From assembly GCF_056712565.1 (NCBI RefSeq), contig NZ_CM160072.1: a stretch of 64,000 nucleotides of DNA; one strand, given 5' to 3'. A program made the position numbers and the translations under genes. The first letter of the stretch is position 1; every line of letters begins with the position of its first letter. The notes below the pieces were generated by a model, which did not search any database, was not told the origin of the DNA, and saw only the letters and a program-made list of their open reading frames with translations. Shown one piece after another: positions 60,502 through 64,000 of the stretch.

Positions 60502-61938
60502 TTACTGTTCGCTTTCATCAGTATAGCGTTTTGCTTTGTAAGCCGGGTGCATCAGATTCTGTACGGAGAAAATATCGTCAAGTTCCGCTTCAGTCAACAG
60601 ACCGCGTTCCAGAACGACTTCACGTACACTCTTACCGGTTTCGGCACAGATTTTACCCACGATGTCACCGTTGTGGTGACCGATGAACGGGTTCAGGTAA
60701 GTAACGATACCGATAGAGTTGTAAACGTAACCTTCGCACACTTCTTTGTTAGCAGTGATGCCGTTAATGCATTTTTCCAGCAGGTTGTAGCAAGCGTTGG
60801 TCAGAATGTGAACGGATTCGAACATGGCCTGGCCAATGACTGGCTCCATAACGTTCAACTGCAGCTGACCTGCTTCTGCTGCCATGGTAACAGTGGTGTC
60901 GTTACCGATGACTTTGAAGCATACCTGGTTAACCACTTCCGGAACAACCGGGTTTACTTTAGCTGGCATGATGGAAGAGCCTGCCTGCAGTTCCGGCAGG
61001 TTGATCTCGTTCAGGCCGGCACGTGGACCAGAAGAGAGCAAGCGCAGGTCGTTACAGATTTTGGACATCTTCACAGCCAGGCGTTTCAGCGCGCCGTGAA
61101 CCATAACATAAGCGCCGCAGTCGGAGGTCGCTTCGATCAGGTCTTCAGCCGGTACGCATGGGAAGCCAGTGACTTCAGCCAGTTTTTTCACTGCCAGCGG
61201 AGAGTACTCTTTCGGCGTGTTCAGACCAGTACCGATTGCTGTTGCGCCAAGGTTAACTTCCAGCAGCAGTTCAGCGGTACGTTGGATATTTTTCACTTCT
61301 TCTTTCAGCAAGATGCTGAAGGCGCGGAATTCCTGACCGAGGGTCATCGGTACTGCGTCCTGCAGCTGGGTACGACCCATTTTCAGGATGTCCTGGAATT
61401 CGACAGCTTTACGTTCAAAGCCTTCACGCAGTTGGTTAATCGCATCTACCAGTTTAATCAGGGAAGAGTAAACTGCGATACGGAAACCGGTCGGGTAGGC
61501 GTCGTTAGTGGACTGACATTTGTTAACATGGTCGTTCGGGTTCAGGTACTGATATTCACCTTTCTGGTGACCCATCAGTTCCAGACCGATATTGGCCAGC
61601 ACTTCGTTGGTGTTCATGTTTACGGAAGTACCTGCGCCGCCCTGGTAGACGTCTACCGGGAACTGATCCATGCATTTTCCGTTGTTCAGGACTTCATCAC
61701 ATGCGGCAATGATGGCATTCGCTACACTTTTAGGAATGGTTTGCAGCTCTTTGTTTGCCATAGCTGCGGCTTTTTTAACCATTACCATACCGCGAACAAA
61801 TTCAGGAATATCACTGATTTTGTTGTTGCTGATATAGAAGTTTTCAATCGCTCTCAGAGTGTGAACACCATAGTAGGCATCAGCTGGAACTTCCCTGGTA
61901 CCCAACAGATCTTCTTCGATACGAATGTTGTTTGACAT
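60502..61938 (-). CDS. aspA: Aspartate ammonia-lyase AspA
   Basis: [30 protein letters not shown]... and fumarase/aspartase signature [15 protein letters not shown]; true start is the internal ATG, not the ORF-track start at 61983. Confidence 0.9.
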
Positions 61939-62274
61939 GTGAACCTTCTTTTTCAAGCTGCCAATGATTTGCTTTAAACACACAGAATATATGTGGTTTC
62001 GAATGTTTTTCGGCCGACGATTATCCCCTGCATCGACCGAATACCCGAGATCATATGCTGCTTGAGGATTTCTACCGTAACCTGGATCACTTTAAGTGTC
62101 GGTTTTTACCCCTTAATTATTAATTTGTGAAATGGATCACCGCTTTGGGATTACTACCAAAAATAGTTGCGCAAACATCTTGAAATTTTGCTAATGACCA
62201 CAATATAAGCTAAACGCGATTCGCAACCCATTCAGGTAGCCGGGTTTAACCGGCTGCTATTACAGGAGAAACCT

Positions 62275-62751
62275 TTGCGCTGGTTACCTTTTATTGCCAT
62301 TTTCCTTTATGTCTATATTGAGATTTCAATCTTTATTCAGGTTGCTCATGTATTGGGGGTATTGCTGACCCTCGTGCTGGTTATATTCACGTCAGTTATC
62401 GGTATGTCACTGGTACGCAACCAGGGCTTTAAGAATTTCGTGCTGATGCAGCAAAAAATGGCGGCGGGTGAAAACCCAGCGGCGGAGATGATTAAAAGTG
62501 TTTCGCTGATCATTGCCGGTTTGCTGCTTTTATTACCGGGCTTTTTCACCGACTTCCTCGGTCTTCTGCTTTTATTGCCGCCGGTGCAAAAGCATCTGAC
62601 AGTGAAGTTGATGCCTCATCTGCGTTTTTCCCGTATGCCAGGCGGCGGTTTTAGCGCCGGGACCGGTAGCGGTAATACTTTTGATGGTGAGTACCAGCGA
62701 AAGGATGATGACCGCGACCGCCTTGATCATAAAGACGATCGCCAGGATTAA
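62275..62751 (+). CDS. fxsA: FxsA (F exclusion of phage T7 suppressor) inner-membrane protein
   Basis: MRWLPFIAIFLYVYIEISIFIQVAHVLGVLLTLVLVIF... with acidic tail, recognised as FxsA. Confidence 0.85.
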   Translation: MRWLPFIAIFLYVYIEISIFIQVAHVLGVLLTLVLVIFTSVIGMSLVRNQGFKNFVLMQQKMAAGENPAAEMIKSVSLIIAGLLLLLPGFFTDFLGLLLLLPPVQKHLTVKLMPHLRFSRMPGGGFSAGTGSGNTFDGEYQRKDDDRDRLDHKDDRQD

Positions 62752-62766
62752 TGTCGAAACGCCGGA

Positions 62767-64000
62767 TTATGTGGTTATGCCATTTCCCGGCGTTTTTCGT
62801 TTTGGCAGAAACAGCCATAACCCCGCCAGCATGATCAGCGCGTAGAGACTTTTCCAGCCGACCATTGCCAGTAACAGAACGCATAATAGCCCGCCAACCA
62901 CTGCCAGTAGTCGATAACGTCCTTGCAATAATTTACAGCCTGCCAGCATGCATAACAGATAAATCATAATAAAGATGCCATTGGCATAAATAATAAGAGC
63001 GTCCAGATTGATCTCTAAAGCATGAATCACCAACGTGCTCACCACGCAGCAGCCGAGCACCGCATTGAGGGCATTATTCGGAATATGGCGAGAAGAGAGG
63101 CGTGCCAGGTAGTGGTCAGGATTATGTTGCGCCTGCGACCAGACCAGGCGGGCGAAGCTCTGTATATAAATGTTGAGACTGGCAAAGCAGGCCAGATAGC
63201 CAATTACGCAGGCAATCCATAACGCTCCTACACCGAACAACTGCACTACAATTTTGGGAAGCGATGCTGCCGCCGCCATTTGTTCACCATAGGCGTCGAA
63301 GTGTAAGACGACTACCGTACAGCCCCAATAGACTAATCCTGCCAGCAGCAGGCCAATCATCAAAGCACGAGGAAAATCACGCTCTGGATTTTTAAATTCC
63401 GAGGCAAGATGGGCAAATGCTTCCAGACCGACAAAACACCAGAACATCACTGATAACGCAGCGAATAACCCGGTAAGTTCGATATTTCCTGGCGCAGGGA
63501 AGGGGATATTCGCAGGTTTGATATCGCCCGCCCACCAGATAGCGACAATCAGTGCGACGATAAGTCCGGCAATAACTGTTTGTAGATTAGCACTGGAACT
63601 GGCACCGCGAGTACCGATATACCACACCAGCGCCAGCGTACCGAGTTCTGCCAACAACAGTTGCTCGCTATGCCAGCCAAACATTGCCTGGCCGAATCCG
63701 GCAGCAATTTGTAGCGCGGCAGGCAAACCCACGGGAATGACCGATAAAAACAACCAGCCGGTGACTCGCTCAAGCCGCGAACCAAACGCCATACCGACGA
63801 AGTGTGCGACGCCGCCTGCGCTGGGATAGTGGCGACCCAGAATCGCAAACACAATCGCAATCGGGAACACTAAGATAATCAAAACGGGCCACGCCCACAG
63901 GCTGTTATTGCCTGCTACTAGCGCAGCTAACGCAGGAACGGCAAACACGCCAGTGCCTAATAATGACGTCGATAGCAGGCCGATGCCCTGGGCCAGCCCC
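62767..64000 (-). CDS. yjeH: L-methionine/branched-chain amino acid exporter YjeH, 5' end beyond the window
   Basis: APC-type transporter recognised as YjeH; the ORF remains open to the window edge. Confidence 0.8.
   Translation of the reverse strand, partial: GLAQGIGLLSTSLLGTGVFAVPALAALVAGNNSLWAWPVLIILVFPIAIVFAILGRHYPSAGGVAHFVGMAFGSRLERVTGWLFLSVIPVGLPAALQIAAGFGQAMFGWHSEQLLLAELGTLALVWYIGTRGASSSANLQTVIAGLIVALIVAIWWAGDIKPANIPFPAPGNIELTGLFAALSVMFWCFVGLEAFAHLASEFKNPERDFPRALMIGLLLAGLVYWGCTVVVLHFDAYGEQMAAAASLPKIVVQLFGVGALWIACVIGYLACFASLNIYIQSFARLVWSQAQHNPDHYLARLSSRHIPNNALNAVLGCCVVSTLVIHALEINLDALIIYANGIFIMIYLLCMLAGCKLLQGRYRLLAVVGGLLCVLLLAMVGWKSLYALIMLAGLWLFLPKRKTPGNGITT

Noticed and set aside
60484-61935. 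483 aa plus-strand ORF
   Set aside because: Antisense shadow of aspA, whose protein is recognisable on the minus strand along its full length.

Overview
Enterobacterial (E. coli-type) chromosome. The right ~8 kb is conserved core (yjdC-dsbD-cutA-dcuA-aspA-fxsA-yjeH) next to tRNA-Phe (pheU context). Everything left of the tRNA (>56 kb, running off the window) looks like a mosaic genomic island inserted at the tRNA 3' end, with a P4-type integrase beside the tRNA. From the tRNA leftwards it carries: a hypothetical gene; two inverted IS1 copies bracketing a PapX-like MarR regulator and an IS3-family relic; an antiporter / PLP-decarboxylase / antiporter module; a third, diverged IS1; IS911 truncating a yhdH-like gene; an IS66 relic; a compact defence islet (SMODS nucleotidyltransferase + SLATT 2TM effector, convergent with a four-gene KAP-NTPase / unknown / QueC-like / TatD operon matching the Qat system, plus an upstream protein containing a perfect 40x 9-bp in-frame repeat); decayed secretion and hypothetical genes; a ~20 kb glycyl-radical-enzyme bacterial microcompartment locus (GRM3-like, probable 1,2-propanediol type) with a PocR-type two-component system, a MetK paralog and an extra shell gene; a group II intron with a broken reverse-transcriptase gene sitting right after the microcompartment operon terminator; and at the far left, efflux/regulator pseudogenes, an IS66 relic and prophage-like genes (AlpA, two YfjJ/YagK-like genes, an AT-rich orphan). 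The most interesting candidates are the defence islet (Qat-like operon, SMODS-SLATT pair, repeat protein) and the microcompartment locus with its intron and MetK paralog. All calls rest on motif recognition and recalled family signatures; no searches were run, and coordinates of IS ends and the intron are approximate (+/- a few bp to tens of bp).
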